64,000 nucleotides of DNA, taken from NCBI GenBank assembly GCA_012729495.1, contig JAAYCZ010000117.1, positions 989 through 64,988 on the forward strand, in the 5' to 3' direction. Position 1 is the first letter of the stretch. Each line of letters starts with the position of its first letter. This stretch comes from Syntrophomonadaceae bacterium (lineage in GTDB: Bacteria > Bacillota > Syntrophomonadia > Syntrophomonadales > Syntrophomonadaceae). The notes beneath the pieces were generated by a model. It was given only the letters and a program-made list of their open reading frames with translations. It did no database searches and was not told the DNA's origin. Both the position numbers and the translations under genes were made by a program. This document shows, one piece after another, positions 1-8,987 of this stretch.

Positions 1-35
1 TATTTTCCTAAGGGCTAGTAAAAAAGCAAAATATT

Positions 36-63
36 GCAGGAAAACAGATATGAATGGCGAAAT
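36..63 (+). promoter_or_regulatory. SigH-type promoter candidate upstream of thiolase
   Basis: GCAGGAAAA-N11-GGCGAAAT resembles the SigH consensus RNAGGAWWW-N11/12-RNNGAAW; the same motif recurs at 26282, 36043, 62325 and 22032(-). Confidence 0.5.
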
Positions 64-196
64 GTTTAATATTGTAATTTCACGATAATTCAATATATAA
101 GAAATTTTATTAAAATTTATAATAAAGGCAGGTGAAAAACTAATATTTCAAGCCCTGAATTTACTGAATTTTTAAATTATTAGGGAGGTAATAGTT

Positions 197-1381
197 TTGA
201 CAAGGGAAGTCGTATTGGTTGGTGCATGCAGGACACCTGTAGCCTCATTCGGAGGGTCATTGAAGGATATTAATGTTACTGATTTGGGTAGTATCGTAAT
301 GAACGAAGCTATCAAACGGGCGGGGATAAAAGCTGAAATCCTTAACGAAGTTATTTTTGGCTGTGTTCTTCAGGCCGCCCAAGGCCAGAATGTGGCTCGT
401 CAATCCGCAGTTAAAGCAGGTATTCCTATAGAAGTAACAGCCATGACCATAAATAAAGTATGCGGTTCGGGTTTGCGGGCGGTAAGTCTGGCTGCCCAGA
501 TAATCAAAGCTGGTGATGCAGATGTAATCCTGGCTGGCGGAATGGAAAACATGTCAGCTGCTCCCTTTGCACTGGAAAAAGCCCGTTATGGTTACCGGAT
601 GAATAATGGCACTCTGGTGGATGTGATGATCAAAGATGGATTATGGGAAGCTTTCAATAATTATCATATGGGGATCACGGCTGAGAATATAAATGAACAA
701 TATGGCATTACTCGCGAAGAACAGGACGAATTTGGTTACAGAAGTCAGGAGCGGGCGCTCCGGGCTATAGAATCAGGGAGATTTAACGATGAAATCGTTC
801 CGGTAACAATAAAAGGGAAAAAAGGCGATCAAGTTTTTGCGGTTGATGAGTTCCCGCGTGCTACAACGCTTGAAAAAATGGCTGGGTTGAAGCCGGCGTT
901 TAAAAAGGATGGTTCCGTAACTGCAGCCAATGCTTCCGGAATAAATGACAGTGCTGCAGCAGTAATAGTTATGTCCAAGGAAAAAGCAGACGAACTGGGT
1001 ATTAAACCTATGGCCCGGGTAGTGAGCTATGCTTCAGGTGGGGTTGATCCAAAAGTAATGGGTCTGGGACCAATCCCGGCCACTAGGAAAGCTTTGCAGA
1101 AGGCCGGATTGACTATTGATGATATTGATCTGATTGAGGCCAACGAAGCTTTCGCCGCCCAATCCATAGCGGTGGCAAGGGATTTGGGTTTTGCCGACAA
1201 AATGGACAAGGTAAACGTAAATGGTGGTGCGATTGCCATTGGTCATCCAATTGGAGCGTCCGGAGCCAGGATCCTTGTTACTTTGCTTTACGAGATGCAG
1301 AAGAGAGATGCCAAAAAAGGTCTTGCAACCCTATGTATTGGCGGCGGTATGGGTACGGCATTAATCGTTGAGAAATGCTGA
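197..1381 (+). CDS. thlA: acetyl-CoA C-acetyltransferase (thiolase)
   Basis: INKVCGSG active-site Cys, [12 protein letters not shown] and CIGGG motifs; GGGAGG RBS before TTG start. Confidence 0.95.
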   Translation: MTREVVLVGACRTPVASFGGSLKDINVTDLGSIVMNEAIKRAGIKAEILNEVIFGCVLQAAQGQNVARQSAVKAGIPIEVTAMTINKVCGSGLRAVSLAAQIIKAGDADVILAGGMENMSAAPFALEKARYGYRMNNGTLVDVMIKDGLWEAFNNYHMGITAENINEQYGITREEQDEFGYRSQERALRAIESGRFNDEIVPVTIKGKKGDQVFAVDEFPRATTLEKMAGLKPAFKKDGSVTAANASGINDSAAAVIVMSKEKADELGIKPMARVVSYASGGVDPKVMGLGPIPATRKALQKAGLTIDDIDLIEANEAFAAQSIAVARDLGFADKMDKVNVNGGAIAIGHPIGASGARILVTLLYEMQKRDAKKGLATLCIGGGMGTALIVEKC

Positions 1382-1526
1382 TTAGCCCGTATTTTTAAGA
1401 TTGCTTGGGGTAGGCATTATTTATTAAATTTGCTAATCGATGGTGCTTTGTAAATCTTAAACAGCCAACCCATTTTAGATATTCTGATGAATGATCATAA
1501 ACATTCAATATTGGGGGGGGATAGTT

Positions 1527-3362
1527 TTGCCACACTATAATTATCTGTACCAGACACGTGATATTAAGTTTCAGATTAAAGAATGGCTAGATATGAACAC
1601 GCTTTTATCCTACGATGGTTACAAAGATTACTATGGAGTTGATGACATTGATGCATTCCTTGATGTGAATGCAAAAATCAGCCGCGACGTGATTTGTCCG
1701 GCAAACAAAGATTCCGATGAAATCGGGATGAAGTTTGTAGGCGGTGAGGAACATGCCGTCGTAAGCCCGGATTCCTTTAAAACTGTCTACAATACGGTTA
1801 TTGAAGCAGGTGTTGGGCCCCAGTTCGGCGATCGACAATCGGAAGGCCGTATGCCGCTGGCCTGGTACGCTCCGATTCTGGAACAACAGGCCGGGGCATC
1901 CCCGGCCATGGTAATGCTGTGGTGTCTGACCCAGGGTGCTACCACCGTGCTCCAGTTTGAGGGCACGAAAAAGCAGCAGCAACTCTTCCTGCCCAATATG
2001 TTCTCTGGCCAATGGGGCGGTACCATGGGCCTGACTGAGCCGGGTGCGGGATCTGAGGTCGGCAACTGTTCCACCAAGGCGTTTGCTACAGATACCAAGG
2101 GTCTATACAAGATTAAGGGCTTGAAATGTTTTATTACCTCCGGCGACCATGACTGTGTTGAGAACATTATCCACCTCGTGCTGGCCAAGACCGAAGGTGC
2201 AAAAGCTGGCACAGCCGGCATTTCGCTCTTCATCGTTCCCAAATTTTGGGTTAATGATGATGGAACCATGGGTGCATGGAATGACGTAACCACCGTTGGT
2301 ATTGAGCACAAATTGGGCCTGCACGGATCTTCCACCTGTACCCTGGCCTTTGGCGAAAACGATAATTGCCTTGGTTGGCTGGTCGGCGAAGAATTGCCGG
2401 TCGACGGCCGCGGCAAAGGAATGGCGCAGATGTTCCGGTATATGAATGAAGAACGTCTGAATACTGGATTGTTTTCTTTGGGTGCTCTGGGTTCAGCCTA
2501 CTATGCAGCTCTGGATTATGCCAAGATTCGCATACAGGGCAGAAAATCCACTGATTTGAAGGGCCCGCAAGTCCGGATAATCGAACACGAAGACGTCCGC
2601 CGTATGCTGTTGCTGCAAAAATCCTGCCTGGAAGCCATGCGGGCATTAATCTATACAACCTACTACTATGTTGATATGTCCCATGAAGCTTCTGATCCTG
2701 CAGAGAGGGAATACGCAGATGACATGTTTATGATTAATAACCCGCTGTGCAAGGCCTATGTTTCGGATATGGCTTGGTTACTTACCCAGGAAGCAATCCA
2801 GGTTCATGGCGGTTATGGCTTCATGGAAGAGTATGCCCCGGCTTCTCTGGCCCGTGACTGCAAGATCTACTCCCTGTGGGAAGGCACCAATTTTATCCAG
2901 GCACAAGACTTCACCGGCCGCAAGTTCACCATGAAAAACGGAGAAGCGTTCAAAAAGTGGGTTCGCGAAATCGGCGACTTCATTGCTGATAAGAAGAATA
3001 TGAGCTTTGCGGCAGAATTCGCGATGATGACAGATGCCTTGGCCTCATTCGAAGCAATTGTCGCCATGAATGCAGATTGGCAGGATGCCAACAAACAACT
3101 GAAACAGCTTTTTGCAACCCGGACCTTGCATGCCGCCGCGCGAATCTACTGCGGCAAGTTGATGCTTGAGCAGGGTCTCCTGGCGGCCAGCAAGCTTGCG
3201 GAACTGGCCGATGACCACTTCGATGTGAATTTTTACAAGGGCAAAATTGCCAGTGTCAAGTTCTATATCATGAACGTTGTTCCCGAGATCTTCGGCTATG
3301 AAAAGGCCATGAAGGCCACAGACACCAGCGCGATTGATATCCCCGAAGAGGCGTTTATGTAA
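1527..3362 (+). CDS. acyl-CoA dehydrogenase (long, about 610-aa type)
   Basis: MGLTEPGAGS, KCFITSG, IEHKLGLHGS, QVHGGYGF and WEGTNFIQ motifs; TTG start at 1527 chosen after a G-rich RBS. Confidence 0.92.
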   Translation: MPHYNYLYQTRDIKFQIKEWLDMNTLLSYDGYKDYYGVDDIDAFLDVNAKISRDVICPANKDSDEIGMKFVGGEEHAVVSPDSFKTVYNTVIEAGVGPQFGDRQSEGRMPLAWYAPILEQQAGASPAMVMLWCLTQGATTVLQFEGTKKQQQLFLPNMFSGQWGGTMGLTEPGAGSEVGNCSTKAFATDTKGLYKIKGLKCFITSGDHDCVENIIHLVLAKTEGAKAGTAGISLFIVPKFWVNDDGTMGAWNDVTTVGIEHKLGLHGSSTCTLAFGENDNCLGWLVGEELPVDGRGKGMAQMFRYMNEERLNTGLFSLGALGSAYYAALDYAKIRIQGRKSTDLKGPQVRIIEHEDVRRMLLLQKSCLEAMRALIYTTYYYVDMSHEASDPAEREYADDMFMINNPLCKAYVSDMAWLLTQEAIQVHGGYGFMEEYAPASLARDCKIYSLWEGTNFIQAQDFTGRKFTMKNGEAFKKWVREIGDFIADKKNMSFAAEFAMMTDALASFEAIVAMNADWQDANKQLKQLFATRTLHAAARIYCGKLMLEQGLLAASKLAELADDHFDVNFYKGKIASVKFYIMNVVPEIFGYEKAMKATDTSAIDIPEEAFM

Positions 3363-3455
3363 TCTTTTTGAGTTTGCTTTGATTATTTCACCAAGATAGC
3401 CCATATGTGCTACAATTATAAGGAAAAAAACATCATCGGGAAGGAGCGGCAACTG

Positions 3456-3953
3456 GTGGCTATAGCTGTATATCCGGGTAGTTTTGATCCTGTAACCATG
3501 GGACATATTGATATTTTGGAAAGAACCAGTCAGGTTTTTGATAAAATTGTAGTTGCAGTAGTTCACAATGTGACCAAGGAAGCTCTATTTACCCTGGATG
3601 AACGGGTTGATCTGATTAAAAAAAGTATTCAGCATTTACCCAATGTTGAGGTGGAGTGTTTTAACGGTCTGCTGGCCGATTTCCTTAGAGCCAGAGATGC
3701 AACCGTTATTATCAGGGGACTGCGTTCAATTACTGATTTTGAATATGAATCGCACATGTCCATGATGAACAAAAGTTTATTGCCTGATATTGATACGGTT
3801 TTTATAATGTCCAATCCCTGTTATATTTTTATCAGTTCGAGCGGCATTAAAGAAGCTGCTCTGCTGGGTGGGGATGTAAGCGGATTGGTTCCTGCAGCAG
3901 TAGAAAAAGGGCTGCAGGAGAAATTGCAGCGATATTTATTCAAAACAAAATAG
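3456..3953 (+). CDS. coaD: phosphopantetheine adenylyltransferase
   Basis: YPGSFDPVTMGH, IIRGLR, DFEYE and ISSS motifs; AAGGAG RBS before GTG at 3456. Confidence 0.95.
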   Translation: MAIAVYPGSFDPVTMGHIDILERTSQVFDKIVVAVVHNVTKEALFTLDERVDLIKKSIQHLPNVEVECFNGLLADFLRARDATVIIRGLRSITDFEYESHMSMMNKSLLPDIDTVFIMSNPCYIFISSSGIKEAALLGGDVSGLVPAAVEKGLQEKLQRYLFKTK

Positions 3954-3954
3954 A

Positions 3955-3992
3955 AATAAAAAATCCGCCTCGTTAAAGGCGGATTTTTTATT
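3955..3992. terminator. bidirectional intrinsic terminator
   Basis: AATAAAAAATCCGCCT-cgttaa-AGGCGGATTTTTTATT between convergent genes. Confidence 0.85.
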
Positions 3993-4011
3993 CAGTTCCC
4001 AATTGCCACCT

Positions 4012-4653
4012 TTAGTCCAAAATTGTTACCTTGACGGTTTTTATACCATAGTTTAAGGCTTGTTGATGAGATGCGAAACAAAGATCTAAGCGATTACCTT
4101 TAATTGCACCGCCCTGGTCGGCAGCTATGCCTTCGCCGTAGCCTTCTACATATAGACGGCTGCCCATGGGAATAACCTTGGGATCAACTGCGATAATGCC
4201 TTTTCCCAGCGGGAGGCCCAGATATGAAGGCGCTCCGTAATAAGGATAATTGCATTGATAACAGGAACAATAGGCTGTGGCTGTCATGGTCAGAGTCCGT
4301 CCCCGGTAAATACTGGAGCCGTCTCGTGATGGTGTAATTGTAGTGGCGGTTTTATTATCATTTAATCCTAGAGCCGCTTTGGTGTTGGGGCCGACAATGC
4401 CATCAACATCTAAACCTTTAGCTCTTTGGAACTTGATTACTGCCGCGTAAGTCTTGGGGCCAAATATACCATCAGCTTCTCCGCACCAATAACCTTGTGT
4501 ATTCAAAGTTTGCTGCAAAGTTACCACTTCATTTCCCTGTGAACCCCAATAGAGATTGGCAGAGGCCATGGCTTTGTCGCTTTGGACGAGAAAAAGACCG
4601 GTAAAAAATAACGATAACATCAAGACTGGTATAATAAGTTTTATTCGCTTCAT
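4012..4653 (-). CDS. secreted peptidoglycan-binding plus 3D-domain protein (cell-wall remodelling)
   Basis: Signal peptide; PG_binding_1 repeats (DGIFGPKT, DGIVGPNT); 3D motifs ATAY, IAVDP, AADQGGAIKGNRLD. Confidence 0.88.
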   Translation of the reverse strand: MKRIKLIIPVLMLSLFFTGLFLVQSDKAMASANLYWGSQGNEVVTLQQTLNTQGYWCGEADGIFGPKTYAAVIKFQRAKGLDVDGIVGPNTKAALGLNDNKTATTITPSRDGSSIYRGRTLTMTATAYCSCYQCNYPYYGAPSYLGLPLGKGIIAVDPKVIPMGSRLYVEGYGEGIAADQGGAIKGNRLDLCFASHQQALNYGIKTVKVTILD

Positions 4654-4947
4654 ACAAGACTCCTTTCCAGATATCAGTTTGTTCCGGAAGATGCGGAAAT
4701 CAAACTAAATACAATCAAAGTATGATTTCCCAGCCATCAACCATGGAATCAGTGTACTTTAACTGTATCCTGCTTTTCAAACCGTCTCAGCTTATGTGAT
4801 AGCGGACAAGCCGAAGTCTGATTGGAAGTCCTGTAGCATCAGGGGGGATTTGGACAAATCCTCCCCGATGGGATTATATTCCTTGTCTTGGGGTTCTGTT
4901 TCCTGTAATTGCTTATCGCATATAATACAACCAGTATTTGCTGCCAG

Positions 4948-5478
4948 CTATAATTCGATCAGCTTCAGACCCTTCTGGCAGCGAATTGCCAAATCCTTAT
5001 ATAGTTTTACCGCAATTTCGTTATATTGCGCCAGGTTGCCGCTGACTTCTTTGACTACTGTTGCAGGATTGCCCATCGCCAAATGATGCGCCGGGATCAA
5101 ACGTCCCGGAGGCAGGACACTGCCGGCGGCCAGAAAACTGCCCTCACCCATTTCACAGCCGGTGGAGATAAGAGAGCCCATACCAATGATTACCCGGTCA
5201 TGGATTATACAGGGGCCATGAACGATGGCAGCATGTCCGACCAGAACGTCTTCTCCGATTACGGCAACAGTGCCCGGTTCAGAGTGCATTACTGCGTTTT
5301 CCTGGATATTGCTGCCGTTGCCGATTTCAATGCAGCCATAATCGCCCCGCAGGATTGCACCGGCACCGACATAGCAATTTTGCCCCAGTTTTACTTCACC
5401 AATAACGGTTGCCTGGGGATGAACGAAACTGTTTTCGCCAATTACGGGTCTTTTTCCCTCGAATTCATAAAACGGCAT
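4948..5478 (-). CDS. gamma-carbonic anhydrase family / PaaY-like hexapeptide-repeat protein
   Basis: LRGD, NIQEN..H, GH.A..HG motifs and hexapeptide repeats; AAGGAG RBS before ATG at 5478. Confidence 0.85.
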   Translation of the reverse strand: MPFYEFEGKRPVIGENSFVHPQATVIGEVKLGQNCYVGAGAILRGDYGCIEIGNGSNIQENAVMHSEPGTVAVIGEDVLVGHAAIVHGPCIIHDRVIIGMGSLISTGCEMGEGSFLAAGSVLPPGRLIPAHHLAMGNPATVVKEVSGNLAQYNEIAVKLYKDLAIRCQKGLKLIEL

Positions 5479-5656
5479 AATAAAACTCCTTTCAGATGAA
5501 TTGTATTTCACAATTTATGGCAGTATTTTTGTGTTCATATTATGTACTTAATCATAGCAGTTTTTATGCCGCTTGTTGATCAAAATCTACGCCCAGCGTT
5601 GATTTTGCAACATTTACGGGTATAATGATTGATAAGACGATGAAGGGAAACATATA

Positions 5657-6544
5657 ATGCAAAATAGGGATTATTTATTAAAATTAATTGACGACGGACA
5701 AAATGTAAGGGTATGGTTGGCCCATACCACCAATTTGGTTGAGGAAGCCCGCCAACGTCACCAAACATCTGCTACGGCTACCGCCGCGCTGGGCAGGGCT
5801 CTTACTGCTGCTGTCATGATGGGCAGCGATCTGAAAAGCGATCATGATTTGTTAAGCTTGCGCTTTAATGGCAACGGTCCTGCCGGGACCATTATTGCTA
5901 CTGCTGACGGGCATGGTCATGTCAAGGGATTGATCGGCAATCCTCAGGCTGATTTGCCGTCCCGTTTTCCGGGTAAGCTGGCTGTAGGTGATTTGGTTGG
6001 GAAAGAGGGATACTTGGAAGTAATAAAAGATATGGGTCTGAAACAGCCTTTTGAAGGCAGGGTACCGTTGGTCAGCGGAGAAATTGCTGAAGATCTGGCG
6101 CAATATTTTATGCAGTCAGAACAAATCCCTGCCCTGGTATCCCTTGGGGTCCTGGTCGATACGGATCTTCATGTTCTGGCGGCGGGTGGTCTTATCGTAC
6201 AGGCTTTACCGGAAGCTGACGATACAGTTTTGGAAAGACTGGAAAACAATATTTTATCGCTGGATCAGATTAGCCAGCTTATTTTTGTTAATAATTCATT
6301 GGAAGATATTACCTCAACAATTATGCAGGGGATTGAATATTCAATTTTAGATGTAATGGATTTAGCTTTCCGCTGCAACTGCAGCCGGGAAAGATTGGGT
6401 ATTATTTTGGCCGGGCTTAGTGAGCAGGAACTCAGGGAGGCGGCAGAGAATAATAAGGATATTGAAGCAATTTGTAATTTTTGTAAAACGGTATATACTT
6501 TTAGTCCTGAGGAAATTAAAGCTTTACAAAGCGAAAAGCCTTAG
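5657..6544 (+). CDS. hslO: Hsp33 redox-regulated chaperone
   Basis: ALGRALTA, SGEIAEDL, SEQIP and C-terminal CxC...CxxC zinc motif. Confidence 0.93.
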   Translation: MQNRDYLLKLIDDGQNVRVWLAHTTNLVEEARQRHQTSATATAALGRALTAAVMMGSDLKSDHDLLSLRFNGNGPAGTIIATADGHGHVKGLIGNPQADLPSRFPGKLAVGDLVGKEGYLEVIKDMGLKQPFEGRVPLVSGEIAEDLAQYFMQSEQIPALVSLGVLVDTDLHVLAAGGLIVQALPEADDTVLERLENNILSLDQISQLIFVNNSLEDITSTIMQGIEYSILDVMDLAFRCNCSRERLGIILAGLSEQELREAAENNKDIEAICNFCKTVYTFSPEEIKALQSEKP

Positions 6545-6562
6545 ATATATTATCTAAGGCTT
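6536..6562. terminator. hairpin between convergent hslO and rpmB
   Basis: AAGCCTTAGATA-tat-TATCTAAGGCTT perfect stem. Confidence 0.6.
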
Positions 6563-6575
6563 GATCTGGCAAGAT

Positions 6576-6764
6576 TTACAATGCTCTTTGAACTTTACCG
6601 GAACGCAAACAGCGGGTACATACATACATTTGTCTAGGTGTTTTATCATCCAGCACTTTTACCCGTTGTACATTTGGTTTCCATTGACGATTGGTTCTTA
6701 TATGGGAATGGCTATACTTTTTACCAAAGGTTACGCCTTTTCCACAAATCTCACATTTAGCCAC
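6576..6764 (-). CDS. rpmB: 50S ribosomal protein L28
   Basis: MAKCEICGK...SHSH..T.R.WKPN.Q...CTRCLRS. Confidence 0.96.
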   Translation of the reverse strand: MAKCEICGKGVTFGKKYSHSHIRTNRQWKPNVQRVKVLDDKTPRQMYVCTRCLRSGKVQRAL

Positions 6765-6883
6765 TATTTTGCCCCCTCTCTATAACAGTTGCACTTAAGT
6801 ATTTTATCAAAAGCAAAAGGAAAGGGCAAGAAGAAGCTACAAATAATATGTTGTATAATGAAATATCAGACAGGAGGGAAAGA

Positions 6884-7246
6884 ATGTTTACGATTAAATC
6901 TAACGACTTGGGAAATATAACGGTCGAAAAAGAAGTAGTTGAGACGATTGCGGGTTTGGCGGCTCTGGATTGTTATGGACTGGTGGGAATGGTACCCCAC
7001 AATATTCAAAGCGGAATCACCCACATACTGGGCCTGGAATCTGTCCGTAAGGGAGTGGAAGTGAAAAACGGTGTTGATGGATTGATCGTTGACGTGTATG
7101 TGATTATCGGTTATGGCATAAAGATATCAGAAGTAGCCTTAAGCGTTATGCAGAAGGTAACCTATGTTCTGGAAAACGGGGCCGGGATCCCGGTGGAAAA
7201 AGTAAACGTAAATGTCGAGGGAATCAGAGTAATAAAAGATTTGTAA
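6884..7246 (+). CDS. Asp23/Gls24 family protein (YloU-like)
   Basis: IAGLAALDCYGLVGM, DVYVIIGYG.KISEVA; conserved rpmB-yloU-fakA-recG order; start moved to ATG 6884 after GGAGG. Confidence 0.88.
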   Translation: MFTIKSNDLGNITVEKEVVETIAGLAALDCYGLVGMVPHNIQSGITHILGLESVRKGVEVKNGVDGLIVDVYVIIGYGIKISEVALSVMQKVTYVLENGAGIPVEKVNVNVEGIRVIKDL

Positions 7247-7262
7247 TGGGAGGATAAACAGT

Positions 7263-8885
7263 TTGAGCTTGCTTAGTATTACTGGATATGATCTGGTGAG
7301 AGGAATCAAGGCGGGCTGCATCAGATTGGAGCATAATCGTGATGAGGTCGACCAGTTAAATGTATTCCCGGTACCGGATGGTGATACCGGAACAAATATG
7401 TATTTAACTCTTTTATCGGCGGTCAAAGAAGGGGAGAAAAACAGCTCGCTACCTCTGGGTAAAGCTGCCAAGGCTATATCCATGGGATCACTGATGGGCG
7501 CCCGTGGTAATTCCGGGGTTATTCTTTCACAGATTTTCAGAGGTTTTGCCAAGGTTCTGGACGGCAAAGGAGAAGCCAATGCCGCTGATATCGCTGTTGC
7601 CCTGCGCTCGGGAGCAGATACCGCTTACAAAGCGGTCATGAAACCGGTAGAGGGAACCATATTAACTGTCATTCGGGAGGTAGCCCGGGCCTGTGAACAG
7701 GAAGCTCAGTCCGGATCAGATATTTTAGCCGTTCTTCTGGCTGGAATTGATGAGGGTTATCGTACCCTTGAAAAAACTCCTTCCATGCTGCCCATCCTTA
7801 AAGAAGCCGGTGTAGTTGATGCAGGCGGACGCGGGTTGTTGTTCTTCCTGGAAGGCGTGACAGATGGTCTGGCAGCCGATAAAGAAATACAGCTGGATAC
7901 TTACAAGGAAAAGACTGCTTTCGGGCGTCAGGAAATAACCAGGGACGATATTGTGCTGGATTTCCAGTACTGTACCGAAATGCTGATCAAAGGACAGAAA
8001 TTGAATCCGGAAGACATAAAGGATCATCTGCGCCCGCTGGGTGATTCCATGCTGGTGGTGGGGGAAGAGGATATCGTCAAGGTGCACATTCATTCCAATC
8101 ATCCCGGCAAGGTCTTGGAAACAGCGCTCCAATTCGGACAACTAAGTGATATAAAAATAAACAATATGTTGGAAGAAGTCCATGAAAACCGCAATAATTT
8201 AGAACAATACAGCCAACCGGCTTTTAGTAAAAAAATCGGTCTGGCAGCAGTCGGAGCAGGTGATGGAATTATCAGCATCCTGCAGAGCCTGGGCGTCGAC
8301 TGTGTTGTTCAGGGCGGACAGAGCATGAATCCCAGCACCGAAGATCTGCTTAATGCCTGTAAAGATGTTAAGGCACCGGCGGTAATCATTTTACCCAATA
8401 ATAAAAACATTATCATGGCCGCGGAACAGGTGAAAGAACTATGTGACAAACGAGTGGAGGTTTTACCAACGCATTCAGTCATGGAGGCCATCGCCGCCCT
8501 GATTGCTTATGATCCCGAAGGAGAACTGCAGGAAATAATGGATGCCATGCAGGAAGAAATGAAAAAAATATCCTATGCCGAGGTAACCCATGCCGTAAGG
8601 GATTCGGGGGTAAGCGGCCTGGATATTGAAGCCGGCAATGTGATTGGTTTAATCGGCGGCAAGATCAGTCAGAAGGGAAACAACGAAGAAGAAGTAGTGC
8701 TGGCCCTGTTACAAAAAATGATCCATGAGGACAGTGAATTGATTACATTTTTATACGGCAACGATTTGGAAGAAGACCAGGCCCAAGCCTTTCAGGAAAA
8801 AATCATGGAAATTTATCCGCAGTGCGAAGTGGAAATGCATTTTGGCGGTCAACCCCATTACAGCTATTTCATATCAGTCGAGTAA
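7263..8885 (+). CDS. fakA: DAK2-domain fatty acid kinase subunit A (YloV-like)
   Basis: LNVFPVPDGDTGTNM, GARGNSGVI, KPVEGTILTV, VDAGG, GGQSMNPST. Confidence 0.92.
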   Translation: MSLLSITGYDLVRGIKAGCIRLEHNRDEVDQLNVFPVPDGDTGTNMYLTLLSAVKEGEKNSSLPLGKAAKAISMGSLMGARGNSGVILSQIFRGFAKVLDGKGEANAADIAVALRSGADTAYKAVMKPVEGTILTVIREVARACEQEAQSGSDILAVLLAGIDEGYRTLEKTPSMLPILKEAGVVDAGGRGLLFFLEGVTDGLAADKEIQLDTYKEKTAFGRQEITRDDIVLDFQYCTEMLIKGQKLNPEDIKDHLRPLGDSMLVVGEEDIVKVHIHSNHPGKVLETALQFGQLSDIKINNMLEEVHENRNNLEQYSQPAFSKKIGLAAVGAGDGIISILQSLGVDCVVQGGQSMNPSTEDLLNACKDVKAPAVIILPNNKNIIMAAEQVKELCDKRVEVLPTHSVMEAIAALIAYDPEGELQEIMDAMQEEMKKISYAEVTHAVRDSGVSGLDIEAGNVIGLIGGKISQKGNNEEEVVLALLQKMIHEDSELITFLYGNDLEEDQAQAFQEKIMEIYPQCEVEMHFGGQPHYSYFISVE

Positions 8886-8987
8886 ATCAAGGATTTATTG
8901 TATTCATGGGGCGGTTTTTATCCGTTTTTTTAAGCGGAGAAAAGCCGTCTTGTTTTAGCATTTCAGAAAATGGAGCCGGGAGGTTAA

